From positions 1-59,912 of the forward strand of contig CAMCME010000003.1 in the NCBI GenBank assembly GCA_945875925.1: a DNA stretch of 59,912 bases, read 5' to 3'. Positions 12,612-22,809 of this stretch are shown piece by piece. The notes beneath the pieces are model-generated. The model saw nothing but the letters and a program-made list of their open reading frames with translations. It was not told the DNA's origin and did not search any database. Position 1 is the stretch's first letter; every line of letters starts with the position of its first letter. Origin of the DNA: Rickettsia typhi (GTDB lineage: Bacteria; Pseudomonadota; Alphaproteobacteria; Rickettsiales; UBA1997). The translations under genes were made by a program, and so were the position numbers.

Positions 12612-13289
12612 ATGTTTGGCAAAAACAAAATACTTCAAGCTGAGACTCATGATGGGCTAAATCTTGATGTGCAGGAAATATTTCCGACATTACAAGGTGA
12701 GGGCCCTTACGCTGGACATCCTTCTGTATTTATTCGCTTGGGTGGCTGTAATTTGGCATGTAGTTTTTGCGATACTGAATTTGAATCTTACAAAAATCTT
12801 CCACTTCAAGAAATTATTGCGGAAGTTTTGCAATTGGCAAAAAATGATGAAGGAACATTGGTTAGAAAATTGATTGTGATTACGGGAGGAGAGCCTCTTC
12901 GCCAACCAATAGAAAAACTGTGTGAAGAGTTAGTAAAATTGAATTTCCTTGTTCAAATCGAAACTAATGGAACTTTATTTAGACAGTTGCCCAAAGAAGT
13001 GAAGATCATCTGCTCGCCAAAAATTAGTAATGGCAAATATCATCAAATTAGACCAGATCTACTTTCTCGCATTAATGCTTTCAAATTTATAATTTCTAAA
13101 ACTGATGAGAATTATCGAGATGTTGCGGAAGTTGGGCAATCAAATTTAGAAATTCCAGTTTATGCTCAAGCTATGGATGAATATGACGAAACCAAAAATC
13201 GCGCTAATTTAGAATATGCCTTAGGACTTTGCGAAAAACACGGCTATTTTCTTTCTCTACAAACTCACAAAATCCTAAAAATTCAATAA
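12612..13289 (+). CDS. queE: 7-carboxy-7-deazaguanine synthase (radical SAM)
   Basis: EIFPTLQGEG, CNLACSFCDT, VITGGEP, IETNG, LSLQTHK. Confidence 0.93.
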   Translation: MFGKNKILQAETHDGLNLDVQEIFPTLQGEGPYAGHPSVFIRLGGCNLACSFCDTEFESYKNLPLQEIIAEVLQLAKNDEGTLVRKLIVITGGEPLRQPIEKLCEELVKLNFLVQIETNGTLFRQLPKEVKIICSPKISNGKYHQIRPDLLSRINAFKFIISKTDENYRDVAEVGQSNLEIPVYAQAMDEYDETKNRANLEYALGLCEKHGYFLSLQTHKILKIQ

Positions 13290-13294
13290 CTTGA

Positions 13295-13762
13295 TCAGTG
13301 ATTCAATTTCTTAAAGAAATTTTCCATCGCTGATTCAATCACATCAAAAACTTCAACAAAGCCTTTCGATCCACCATAGTAAGGATCAATCACCTCATCA
13401 TTCCAATAATTCTCAGCTTCACAAAATTCTAAAAATAATTTGATCTTATGATGATGTTTGGCAGGAGAAGATTGTAAAAGATTTTTTAAATGAGTGCGTG
13501 TCATCGCCAAAATTAAATCAAATTCTTCAAAGTCTTGGGCTCTAACTTTTCGTGAATGGATATTTGCAAAAGAAATCCCCCTTTCCTCTCCAACTTTTGC
13601 TGATCTTGAATCTGGCGCTTCTCCATTATGATATGAATCTGTGCCAGCTGAATCAAAAATAAATCTATCTTCTAGATTTAAATTCTTTGCCTGATGCCTA
13701 GCAATTGCATGAGCAGTTGGAGAACGACAGATATTTCCCGTACAGATAAAAAGAGTCTTCAT
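13295..13762 (-). CDS. Low-molecular-weight protein tyrosine phosphatase
   Basis: CTGNICRSP P-loop, DSAGT, DPYYG. Confidence 0.93.
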   Translation of the reverse strand: MKTLFICTGNICRSPTAHAIARHQAKNLNLEDRFIFDSAGTDSYHNGEAPDSRSAKVGEERGISFANIHSRKVRAQDFEEFDLILAMTRTHLKNLLQSSPAKHHHKIKLFLEFCEAENYWNDEVIDPYYGGSKGFVEVFDVIESAMENFFKKLNH

Positions 13763-13766
13763 AGAT

Positions 13767-16700
13767 TTATAAAGTCTGGTTAGAAGAAAGATGCGAAATC
13801 CACATTTTAGAAATTTTCTCAGCTAAAGAATTTTGTTCGCAGCGCCATTTCAAATGAGTGAAATCTAACAAATCTGTTTTTTGATCTTGATTAGCACAAG
13901 CATAGAAATATTCCCATTTGCCAGTTTTTTCATCTTTGCGTTTTTGCAAACATTGTGAGCAGACACCTTTCAACATACATTGCATCGGCGCATTAAGACT
14001 GCTAATCGCAATATGTTTCGGATGTAAAATTTTTTCTAACTCTTGATAGCGAATTTGAGAAACCGCATACATCATGCTTTCATCTCCAATAGCAAAAATA
14101 CGATCTATTGCTGATAAACCATTTTGCTCTAAAGAATTTTTAGAAAAATATTGCTGCATCGCTTCAATAACATCGCCCTTAAACTGAACATCTCCAACTC
14201 TATTTAATTTCAAATTTGGCTCTTCATCTTCAATTGCAAATATTGCAACATCACTCAACCTTTCTATTTCGGATTGCCTGAGAACAAAAGAGTTTCTTCT
14301 GTATCCAGCGACGAAAATAATTTTGCAGCCATTTTTTTTATAAGCTTCCGCAATAGCTGTCAGCGGCATATTGCCGCGCCCTCCTCCGACCAAAATTACA
14401 TTTTCATTTTTTGCAAGTTCGGTTGGTTGGCCCGATGGACCCATAAAAACTACAGGCTCACCTGTTTTGAAGTTTTTAATCAAACTTGTAGAGCCGCCAG
14501 TATTAATTATTATACCGCTAATCAAGCCCGCAGTTTCGTCAATTTTTAAAGCCGTGATGGCCACACCCTCCATAGCCATTGTCTGATCAGAAACTTTTTG
14601 TGCAAAAGCATGATAATTTTGCAAACGAAATATCTGACCAAGTTTAGTTTGCTTGGCTAGAAGTGGCGCTTTTACGACCACCTCAAGAGCATAATCAGAG
14701 AGTTGATTGATCTCTTTGATTTGAACCAAAAATTCTGAATTTACCTTGTTCAAAAATTGATGATTTTCATCCGCTCCACTTTCTCTTGGTTTTAAAATTT
14801 CACTAATTTTTTTATATCCCAATTTGGCGCTAGCCATTGCTTTTACTACATTTCCTTCAAAATTTGGATGAAGATCGCCAAAGAAACTTACCGACTTTCC
14901 ACTCTCTTTATCAATTTTAGTTAAGACACTATAGTTCTGCGGTTTAGCGCTGTAGCTGCTTGCGATCTCATTTCCCTGCTCATCAACTTCAGCAAAATAT
15001 TTTCCACGAATTTGAAAATCTAAACCATCTTCTAAAGCTGGAGCCAAGTTTGGCGTGGTGCCAGCGGCGATAAAAAGAGATTTGCAATCAAATAATTTTT
15101 CTAAACCTTGGCTATCAGCAGTTTTTAAAATTTTAATATGACCAAATTGATCAAGAACCGCCTCAACTGGCGAAATATTTTCAACCAATTCAACTCCTTC
15201 TTCAAAAGATTTTATCACTTCTTGGTGATTAAATCTGTAAGCAGGAGAATCTTGAATTTTTTTGCGATAAAGAATTTTTACGCCACCCCATTTTTTTAGA
15301 AGATCGGTTTTGGATTCAAAATTTTTAAGCTCATATTTTTCAACTTCTCTGGCATGATTCAAAAATTCTTCAGCGATAATTTTTTCTTCCAAATTGAACT
15401 GTTTTAAAATTTCTTCTTCACCAAAAACTTCACTTAATTTTTTGTAACGCTGGGCAAATTTCTCAATTTGCAATAAATAATAAGCTTGAGCTTCACAGGC
15501 CGTATCCATTGCTGTCAGCCCTGCACCAATTACTAAAATTGGCATTCTGATTTGCAAATTTGTGAAGAGATCTTTTTTAAATGCTCCCGTCAATTGCAGC
15601 GACATTAAAAAATCTGAAGCTGATCTAATTCCTTTAGCGAAGTTATTTTTTATATCGATGATATTTGGTCGGCCCGCGCCAATACAAAGCGCAACATGGT
15701 CGAAACCATAAGTGTCGAACGCGATTTTTTCAGTGATTGACGAACCAAAACGAATGCCTCCAAACATGCGGAAATTTTTTCTACGCTCTAAAAGCAGGCG
15801 AATAACTTTAAGAAAATTTTTGTCCCAACGCACAGTAATTCCATATTCTGCAACACCACCAAAGCCCTGAATTAAGCGCTTTGAAAGCGGTTCATAAATT
15901 TCATTAACAAATTTTATTGGTTTAAATTCTTGTCTAATTCCAAATTCATTTATTCCAGAAATTTCAGCATCCAAAGGCTCGATTTTAAGTCCGTCAATTG
16001 CCACTACCTCGTGACCATCATTCATTAAATGATGCGCCAAAGTATATCCTGCAGGTCCGAGTCCTGCGATCAAAATTCTTTTTCCTGAATTTTCTTGAGG
16101 AATTTCGCGCTCAATATTTAGGGGATTCCATCGCGTTAAAAGGCTGTAAATTTCAAAGCCGTAAGGAAGCGCTAAAACATCGCGCAGAGTTTTGGTTTCA
16201 ATTTGTGGAATATCGACAGGGTCTTGCTTTTGATAGATGCAAGATTTCATGCAATCATTGCAAATTCTGTGGCCAGTTCCCGCAATCATCGGATTATCTA
16301 CAACCGCAATTGAAAGCGCTGCAATTGATAAACCTTCCGACTTCAAGAAATTCATCTCAGAAATTTTTTCATCCAACGGACAGCCATGCAGCTCAACATT
16401 CAAAGCATCGTATTTAAATCGATCTTCATTTTTTTCTTTTGCTCCGCTGCGACAAGAATCTTTATTTTGCTTGTGACAAAAAATGCAATAATTGCTTTCA
16501 CCCAAAACTCTATTCAGAGTGAAGCCCTGATCTGTAAGGTTAAAACCATCTCGTTCTTTTTTATCTTCAGTAAAATTTTTTACCGAAACTAAGTTTTGTT
16601 GATCAACTTTTTTTGGCAAAATAAATAATGCGCCATTTTTGTGAAGTGCTTTACAGAATTTATTATGTAGTGCGCAGGCCGAATAAATAGTTAGTTGATC

Positions 16701-17222
16701 TAATCTTTTTTGCTCTGTTTCACTCAGGTTCTCTTCCTTTTTCAGCAATTCATCAATTGCGTCAGCCAACTTTATTTCTAGATCGCCGCTACTTTTGTAA
16801 GTAATTTTTAAATTTTCTAAAATAGTTTCGTGAGAAATATTTTGCTCTTTTAGTAGCTTCAAAAAAGTCGCTTCATCAAATTTTTTAGCGACAATTCTTT
16901 GCACAAAATCACGACGAATTTTGTAAATTTTTTTATAAGCAAAATGATCTTTTTGAAGAGCTAAATTTTGTTCGGTGATTGAGAAAAGTTCAGCTAAAAA
17001 ATCTTCTAAAACACGGGCCACATCTATTAAAATCTCAGCTTCCTCAGCTTTAGAAAAATTCTGTTTATTAGTTTTTAAAGATGCAAATTTTTGAGAAATT
17101 TCAGAGTCTTTTTTTTCTAGAAAATTAATAAATTTTTGATGCAATTTTAACAAGCCCTCTCTTTCATAGAGGTCGTCGAAGGTAATTTCAAAAGCGGGAT
17201 TTAGCGGGTTAACATAGGGCAT
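13767..17222 (-). CDS. 1151-aa Fe-S flavoprotein: GltD/NfnB-like domain fused to a C-terminal FNR/PyrK (NfnA)-like domain
   Basis: CIFC..SC, GCPL, ICNDCMKSC, GLGPAG, GAGLTAMD; C-terminal GGGRGNMP and MQCMLKGVCSQC. Confidence 0.8.
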   Translation of the reverse strand: MPYVNPLNPAFEITFDDLYEREGLLKLHQKFINFLEKKDSEISQKFASLKTNKQNFSKAEEAEILIDVARVLEDFLAELFSITEQNLALQKDHFAYKKIYKIRRDFVQRIVAKKFDEATFLKLLKEQNISHETILENLKITYKSSGDLEIKLADAIDELLKKEENLSETEQKRLDQLTIYSACALHNKFCKALHKNGALFILPKKVDQQNLVSVKNFTEDKKERDGFNLTDQGFTLNRVLGESNYCIFCHKQNKDSCRSGAKEKNEDRFKYDALNVELHGCPLDEKISEMNFLKSEGLSIAALSIAVVDNPMIAGTGHRICNDCMKSCIYQKQDPVDIPQIETKTLRDVLALPYGFEIYSLLTRWNPLNIEREIPQENSGKRILIAGLGPAGYTLAHHLMNDGHEVVAIDGLKIEPLDAEISGINEFGIRQEFKPIKFVNEIYEPLSKRLIQGFGGVAEYGITVRWDKNFLKVIRLLLERRKNFRMFGGIRFGSSITEKIAFDTYGFDHVALCIGAGRPNIIDIKNNFAKGIRSASDFLMSLQLTGAFKKDLFTNLQIRMPILVIGAGLTAMDTACEAQAYYLLQIEKFAQRYKKLSEVFGEEEILKQFNLEEKIIAEEFLNHAREVEKYELKNFESKTDLLKKWGGVKILYRKKIQDSPAYRFNHQEVIKSFEEGVELVENISPVEAVLDQFGHIKILKTADSQGLEKLFDCKSLFIAAGTTPNLAPALEDGLDFQIRGKYFAEVDEQGNEIASSYSAKPQNYSVLTKIDKESGKSVSFFGDLHPNFEGNVVKAMASAKLGYKKISEILKPRESGADENHQFLNKVNSEFLVQIKEINQLSDYALEVVVKAPLLAKQTKLGQIFRLQNYHAFAQKVSDQTMAMEGVAITALKIDETAGLISGIIINTGGSTSLIKNFKTGEPVVFMGPSGQPTELAKNENVILVGGGRGNMPLTAIAEAYKKNGCKIIFVAGYRRNSFVLRQSEIERLSDVAIFAIEDEEPNLKLNRVGDVQFKGDVIEAMQQYFSKNSLEQNGLSAIDRIFAIGDESMMYAVSQIRYQELEKILHPKHIAISSLNAPMQCMLKGVCSQCLQKRKDEKTGKWEYFYACANQDQKTDLLDFTHLKWRCEQNSLAEKISKMWISHLSSNQTL

Positions 17223-18702
17223 TTTTTACAATTTTCTCTTCATCAAATTCAAATTTTTTATCACCAATTATTTGGTATTTTTCGTGACCTTTGCCAGCCA
17301 AAATTAATATATCATCACTTGCAAGCATTACTAGAGCCTTTTCAATCGCGTCTTTACGATTTTCTATTTCGATAACTTTAGTCAAATCACAAGCAGCTAA
17401 AATTTCTTTTCTAATTTCGGCAGGATTTTCTGAGCGCGGATTATCATCACTTACAATAACTAAATCTGCCAAGTCGCAAGCGAGTTTTCCCATGATTGGA
17501 CGCTTTTTAGCATCACGATCTCCTCCGCAACCAAATAGCACTATCAGCCTTGATTTGGTAAGTTTGCGAGCGAGATGCAAAACATTTTCCAAAGCATCTG
17601 GAGAATGAGCAAAGTCGATAAATACTCGAGCTTTATTTTGTAAGATAGCGACTTGCTGCATGCGACCCGATGCCGATTTAATTTCAGGAAAATTCTTGAG
17701 TAATTCTCTTAACTTTTCATCAGATAAATCATGCTTGGCCATAACTGTGGCAAGAGCGCATAAAATATTAAAAGCTTGAAATTCACCAAAAATACTCAAG
17801 TGAACTTCGTAAGTTTTTTCTCTAAATTTAAAAATAACTTCTTGATGTAAATCTTGGGCTTTAATTTCTAAAATCTTGAAATCAGTGGCTTCAAAGCCAT
17901 AAGTAAAAATTTTATGATTTTTTTTCTGACAGATTTTTTTGATATTTTCAAATTCAGGAATGTCAGAATTTAAAACTGCTATTGATCCATTTTCTAAGAC
18001 ATTTTCAAAAAGCATCATCTTGCATTTGAAATATTGCTCCATCGATTGGTGATAATCTAAATGGTCTTGAGTGAAGTTGGAAAAGGATCCAACACATATA
18101 TCAAGTCCAGCAATTCTTTTTTGTTCTAAACCAATTGAACTAGTTTCAATAAAAACATCATCCACAGAATTTTGTTTTAAGACGCTTAAATTTTTATAGA
18201 AGGAAACTATGTCGGGTGTAGTTAGAAAACTTTTTTGCAAAATATCTTGCGACACTTGATTACATATAACGCCAAGAGTGCCTATAGAAGCTGATTTTTT
18301 ACCAAGAAATTCTGTGATTTGACGAGAAAATTCGCTGATGGAAGTTTTGCCGTTAGTGCCCGTAACTGCGTAAATATTGGTTGGAAGTGGGGAGTAAAAA
18401 GTTTTTAGAAATTCAACTAAAAGTGAAAATGGATCGCTGCATTTAATTTTGATGAGTTTTTCTTTATTTTCAAAACCAGTGAAATCACCTGCCATAATTG
18501 CTATCGCACCATTTTTTGCTGCGTCAGAAATAAATTCTGAACCATTTTTTGATTTACCTGGAATGGCAAAAAATACTGAATTTTTTTTAACTAATCGCGA
18601 ATCAATCGCAATATCTGCAAACTCTATATTCTCAAGCAAAACATCTTTTTCTAAAACTTCATTTGCAACTTTTACTGATTGTAGAATTTTCTTGAGATTC
18701 AT
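17209..18702 (-). CDS. murE: UDP-MurNAc-tripeptide synthetase
   Basis: VTGTNGKT, LTTPD, FTQDHLDYH, DFAHSPDAL, GCGGDRD, DNPRSE (meso-DAP type), AGKGHE. Confidence 0.96.
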   Translation of the reverse strand: MNLKKILQSVKVANEVLEKDVLLENIEFADIAIDSRLVKKNSVFFAIPGKSKNGSEFISDAAKNGAIAIMAGDFTGFENKEKLIKIKCSDPFSLLVEFLKTFYSPLPTNIYAVTGTNGKTSISEFSRQITEFLGKKSASIGTLGVICNQVSQDILQKSFLTTPDIVSFYKNLSVLKQNSVDDVFIETSSIGLEQKRIAGLDICVGSFSNFTQDHLDYHQSMEQYFKCKMMLFENVLENGSIAVLNSDIPEFENIKKICQKKNHKIFTYGFEATDFKILEIKAQDLHQEVIFKFREKTYEVHLSIFGEFQAFNILCALATVMAKHDLSDEKLRELLKNFPEIKSASGRMQQVAILQNKARVFIDFAHSPDALENVLHLARKLTKSRLIVLFGCGGDRDAKKRPIMGKLACDLADLVIVSDDNPRSENPAEIRKEILAACDLTKVIEIENRKDAIEKALVMLASDDILILAGKGHEKYQIIGDKKFEFDEEKIVKNALC

Positions 18703-19400
18703 CGAGCAATTTCTCCAATCAAGCGATTGAATCTTTGCGCGGCAATTCTTGGATTGGCATCACGCGTGATTGGCCGTCCCACAACTAACTGCGAAGAACC
18801 ATTTTGTAATGCAGTTTTTACATCTGTAACGCGTTTTTGATCGTCAGATGGAATTGCTTCTAAACGAATTCCAGGAGTGACAATCGAAAAATTTGAGCCC
18901 AATTTTTCGCGTAAATTTTTCGCTTCTAAAGCCGAAGCCACAACGCCGTCAAGGCCTGATTCTATTGCTAATTTTGCTTTTTTTACAACTAAATCTTCGA
19001 GTGAAATTTTTGGATCAAAACCCATTTCAGATAAATCATTTTGATCGAGATTTGTTAGAACTGTGACACCCAAAATTTTCATTTTGCCTTTATTAGCCAC
19101 AGCTTGCTTCATGATGCTAGAACTGGCTGTATGTATGGTTAGAAGGTCGATTTCATATTGCGCTAAATTTGCCACAGCGCGGCCAACCGTTTCGGAAATA
19201 TCGTAGAGCTTTAGATCGGCGAAAATTTTTTTGTTTTTGTTTTTAAGCCATTCAATCACCTGAAAGTAAGAGCCGCTCATCATCATCTCAAGACCGATTT
19301 TATAAAAAACCACCTCGTCAGAAATTTCTTCAACTAATTTTTTGGCTGATTCAAAATCGGCAACATCTAGGGCTACAATCAAGCGGTCATTGGAGGTCAT
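18699..19400 (-). CDS. pyrF: Orotidine-5'-phosphate decarboxylase
   Basis: LIVALD, YKIGLE, DLKLYDISETV, VTPGIR, DDQKRV, VVGRPI. Confidence 0.96.
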   Translation of the reverse strand: MTSNDRLIVALDVADFESAKKLVEEISDEVVFYKIGLEMMMSGSYFQVIEWLKNKNKKIFADLKLYDISETVGRAVANLAQYEIDLLTIHTASSSIMKQAVANKGKMKILGVTVLTNLDQNDLSEMGFDPKISLEDLVVKKAKLAIESGLDGVVASALEAKNLREKLGSNFSIVTPGIRLEAIPSDDQKRVTDVKTALQNGSSQLVVGRPITRDANPRIAAQRFNRLIGEIAR

Positions 19401-19432
19401 AAGAACAACTATTTTTTTGCAGATTTGTCTGT

Positions 19433-20059
19433 CTATTTATCTTTGGATTTATCTTTTTGGGTAAAAGCTTTTTCTTCGCCAGTTAAAAGGCGGATAATAT
19501 TTTCTTTATGTCTGGCTAAAACTAGGATAAATAAAAACCAGCAAAGCCAAATCTGTTCAACTGGAGCTTCGTAATGTGAAGATAAAATGATTGAAGAAAA
19601 AATTGCGATTAGAGATGAAACTGAAGAAATTCTGAATATACAAAAAGACATTATCCAAAAAGCCGTAACCAAAAAACCAATTTTAAAATCTAGCGCGAAT
19701 AAAACTGCAATTGCGGTTGCAACACCTTTACCACCTTTGAAGCGAAGATAAACTGGGTAAACATGGCCCAAAACTGCAACGGCAGAAACCAGAACTAGAA
19801 ATAAATGTAAATGATCAATTTCAGCGAAGCTAAAGCGCGCTATAATAACCATCACCGCGCCCTTGAAGCCGTCTAATATTAGCGTGGCAAAGCCAAGTTT
19901 TTTGCCGACAACTCTGGCCACATTGGTGGCGCCGATATTTTTTGAGCCTAATTCACGGACGTCTTTCTTAGCAAAAACTTTGGCCAAAACCAAACCAAAT
20001 GGAATTGCTGAAACTGCGTAAGTGATAATTAGAAATAGAAACTGGTAAACAGGTGTCAT
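19433..20059 (-). CDS. plsY: Glycerol-3-phosphate acyltransferase
   Basis: GSKNIGATNVAR, GHVYPV, GGKGVATA, RHKENI. Confidence 0.96.
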   Translation of the reverse strand: MTPVYQFLFLIITYAVSAIPFGLVLAKVFAKKDVRELGSKNIGATNVARVVGKKLGFATLILDGFKGAVMVIIARFSFAEIDHLHLFLVLVSAVAVLGHVYPVYLRFKGGKGVATAIAVLFALDFKIGFLVTAFWIMSFCIFRISSVSSLIAIFSSIILSSHYEAPVEQIWLCWFLFILVLARHKENIIRLLTGEEKAFTQKDKSKDK

Positions 20060-20568
20060 TATTTAGGATCTTTATCTTTATTTTTTCTGAAAGCGTCTAA
20101 AGAAATCACTTTTGCAGATAAATCAACTGTTTCTCTCTTGGCATTTTTAGATTCAGATTTATTGGCCAAATTTGACTCACCAAAATCTTCACCAGAGAAG
20201 CCTTCAGCATCATCATAACTAACGCTGAATTTTAAGCCAAAATTCATTGACGGATCGGCGAAAGATGTAACTGATTTATAAGGAACAACCAGCTTTTCAT
20301 ATTTGCCGTCGAAGCTTAGAGAGACTTTAAAGTTATCTTGTTCAACAGCCAAACTTTTATACTGATATTGCAGCGCGATGGTCATTTCTTCAGGATATTT
20401 TTCCATCAACTTCTTAGGGATTGTAACGCCTGGAAAACGCACCAAAAATGTGATAATAAAATAATGTTTTCCAAGCAGACCAGTTTTTTCAACTTTTTTT
20501 AAAGTCTCGCAAATCACTGAGCGCATTGAGTTTTCGATAATTTCATCATAGCCGATTAGGTCTTGCAT
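20059..20568 (-). CDS. sspB: Alphaproteobacterial SspB (ClpXP adaptor for tmRNA-tagged proteins)
   Basis: HYFIITF..FPGV, YPEEMTIALQYQY, FADPSMNFGLKF, C-terminal KVISLDAFRK; directly downstream of ssrA. Confidence 0.9.
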   Translation of the reverse strand: MQDLIGYDEIIENSMRSVICETLKKVEKTGLLGKHYFIITFLVRFPGVTIPKKLMEKYPEEMTIALQYQYKSLAVEQDNFKVSLSFDGKYEKLVVPYKSVTSFADPSMNFGLKFSVSYDDAEGFSGEDFGESNLANKSESKNAKRETVDLSAKVISLDAFRKNKDKDPK

Positions 20569-20604
20569 GGAAATTTAAAAATGGATTTTGTTTAGATAAA
20601 AAAG

Positions 20605-20956
20605 TGCCGGTTTTTCTGTTGCAAGGAAAACCGGCAAACCCCGATAAAATCACTTATGCTAAGCAGCTAAAGCCACTGGAGCAAATTCGAAGTTATCATT
20701 AGCAAAATTGTCGTTTGCGTTTACTTTTTTTGAACGGATATCGCAATCTTTCGATTGTAATCGGCAGTATCTCAACCGAGCAAAATCAATCTCTTTACCA
20801 TGCATGTCGAAGCTAATTCACCCCCATAAAACTTTCGCAACCGAAAGTGAATCACTAATATTCCAGCGAATTAATTACGCTGTAGCTTTAGCGAAAGCGA
20901 ATGGTGGAGGTGTCGGGTACCGCCCCCGAGTCCATGTACATCTATTTCAAATTGAG
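20605..20956 (-). ncRNA. ssrA: Two-piece (circularly permuted) tmRNA; outer ends approximate
   Basis: The acceptor piece ends CACCTCC-A-CCA at 20902 with the alphaproteobacterial T-loop GGCGGTA. The coding piece starts GGGGGTG at 20825, giving a G3-U pair. Tag ORF 20718-20659 reads ANDNFANDNFEFAPVALAA*. Confidence 0.95.
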
Positions 20957-21196
20957 TTTATCACTATAGCCCCCAAACTTGCATTTGAGAACGCTGGTAA
21001 GTTTAAATTACGAAAAACTTTTTGACAAGCTTTCAAATCTCCCAAAACTTCATTGGCAAAGTTAATTTTCACCCATAAAATCAAAGAAAATGAGCTCTCA
21101 AAAATTCAATAAAATCTTTAGAAAATAAAAATTTTTCTTCTAGTTTGAATTCTTGCAAATTTTCCTTTTTCGAAATCCCCAAATAAAGTTCAAAAA

Positions 21197-22801
21197 ATGT
21201 CAGAAGAAAACCTATCATCTTGCGAGTCGAATCCCACCAATAGAAAAAAAGTTATCATTCTTGGCAGTGGTCCAAACCGCATCGGACAAGGAATTGAATT
21301 CGATTACACTTGCGTTCACGCTGCTTTCGCTTTTAGAGAAGCGGGCATTGAAGCAATTATGGTGAATTGTAATCCAGAAACAGTTTCAACAGATTATGAC
21401 ACTTCTGATCGCCTTTATTTTGAACCTTTAACAGCCGAAGACACCATAGAATTGATCAAAAAAGAAATGACCAATGGCGAATTGCTTGGAGTTAATGTGC
21501 AGTTCGGTGGTCAAACACCACTTGGTTTGGCAAAATTTTTACAAGATGAAAATATTCCAATTATCGGAACTTCTCCTGACATGATTGACTTGGCTGAAGA
21601 TCGTGATCGCTTCAAAAAATTATTACAAAAATTAGAACTTAATCAGCCCCAAAATCACATCGCTTATTCTTCAGGACAAGTAATCGAACAAGTTAATGAA
21701 ATTGGATTTCCTGTAGTTGTTAGACCTTCTTATGTTCTTGGTGGGCGAGGCATGGCGATTATTTATGATGAAGCTTATTTGATGAAATATTTAGTAGAAT
21801 ATTCTGAAGTTTTTGAAAGCGGCCCACTTCTGTTAGACAAATTTTTAACTGATGCAATTGAAGTGGATGTTGACGCTTTATGCGATGGAAAAGAAGTTTT
21901 TGTGGCAGGCATTATGCAGCATATTGAAGAAGCTGGGATTCACTCTGGCGACTCTGCTTGCTCGATTCCACCATTTTCTTTGTCAGAAAAAATTATAGAA
22001 GAAATCAAAAAAGCCACAGTAAAAATGGCTTTGGCCTTGAATGTGAAAGGCTTAATGAATGTGCAATATGCCATTAAAGATGAAGTGGTTTATGTTTTAG
22101 AAGTTAATCCAAGAGCTTCTAGAACTGTTCCCTTCGTGGCTAAAGCAACTAACACGCCAATCGCTAAAATTGCCTCTTTAATTATGGTTGGCAAAAAACT
22201 TAGCGAATTTAATTTGGTAGAAAAAAAATTAAATTATTTTTCTGTTAAAGAAGTAGTTTTCCCATTCGCTAGATTTAGCAATGTTGATACTATTTTAGGC
22301 CCTGAAATGAAATCTACTGGCGAAGTTATGGGAATTGACATTTCCTTTCCTTTGGCTTTTGCAAAAGCCCAAGTTGCTGCAGGATCAGGCCTTCCAACTT
22401 CAGGATTAGCCTTTATTTCAGTAAAAGATTCTGACAAAAAATATCTTCCAGAAATTGCTAAAAAATTATCTAGCATTGGTTTTAGCATTGTTGCAACTCG
22501 CGGCACAGCAAAACTTTTAGCTGAAAATGGCATTGCGGTTACAATCGTAAATAAAATTACCGAAGACAAGCCGCATGTTGTTGACATGATTGAAAGAAAA
22601 GAAATTTCATTGGTGATCAACACTACTGAAGGCGCACAAGCCACTAAAGATAGTTTTTCAATTCGCCGAACAGCTTTGATGAAAGGCATTACTTACAGCA
22701 CCACAATTTCTGGAGCGAGAGCTTTGGTTGACGCGATTGAAGCTTATAAAAACATCGATTGCTGCTTTGAAGTTCGCGCTTTGCAAGATTTAGGAAATTA
22801 A
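21197..22801 (+). CDS. carB: Carbamoyl-phosphate synthase large subunit, C-terminal half only
   Basis: Starts [29 protein letters not shown] (second ATP-grasp unit) and ends with the MGS-like allosteric domain; 534 aa. Confidence 0.92.
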   Translation: MSEENLSSCESNPTNRKKVIILGSGPNRIGQGIEFDYTCVHAAFAFREAGIEAIMVNCNPETVSTDYDTSDRLYFEPLTAEDTIELIKKEMTNGELLGVNVQFGGQTPLGLAKFLQDENIPIIGTSPDMIDLAEDRDRFKKLLQKLELNQPQNHIAYSSGQVIEQVNEIGFPVVVRPSYVLGGRGMAIIYDEAYLMKYLVEYSEVFESGPLLLDKFLTDAIEVDVDALCDGKEVFVAGIMQHIEEAGIHSGDSACSIPPFSLSEKIIEEIKKATVKMALALNVKGLMNVQYAIKDEVVYVLEVNPRASRTVPFVAKATNTPIAKIASLIMVGKKLSEFNLVEKKLNYFSVKEVVFPFARFSNVDTILGPEMKSTGEVMGIDISFPLAFAKAQVAAGSGLPTSGLAFISVKDSDKKYLPEIAKKLSSIGFSIVATRGTAKLLAENGIAVTIVNKITEDKPHVVDMIERKEISLVINTTEGAQATKDSFSIRRTALMKGITYSTTISGARALVDAIEAYKNIDCCFEVRALQDLGN

Positions 22802-22809
22802 TTTTTGCA

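Noticed and set aside
20708-21025. 105-aa plus-strand ORF
   Set aside because: Antisense to the tmRNA gene; no protein motif.
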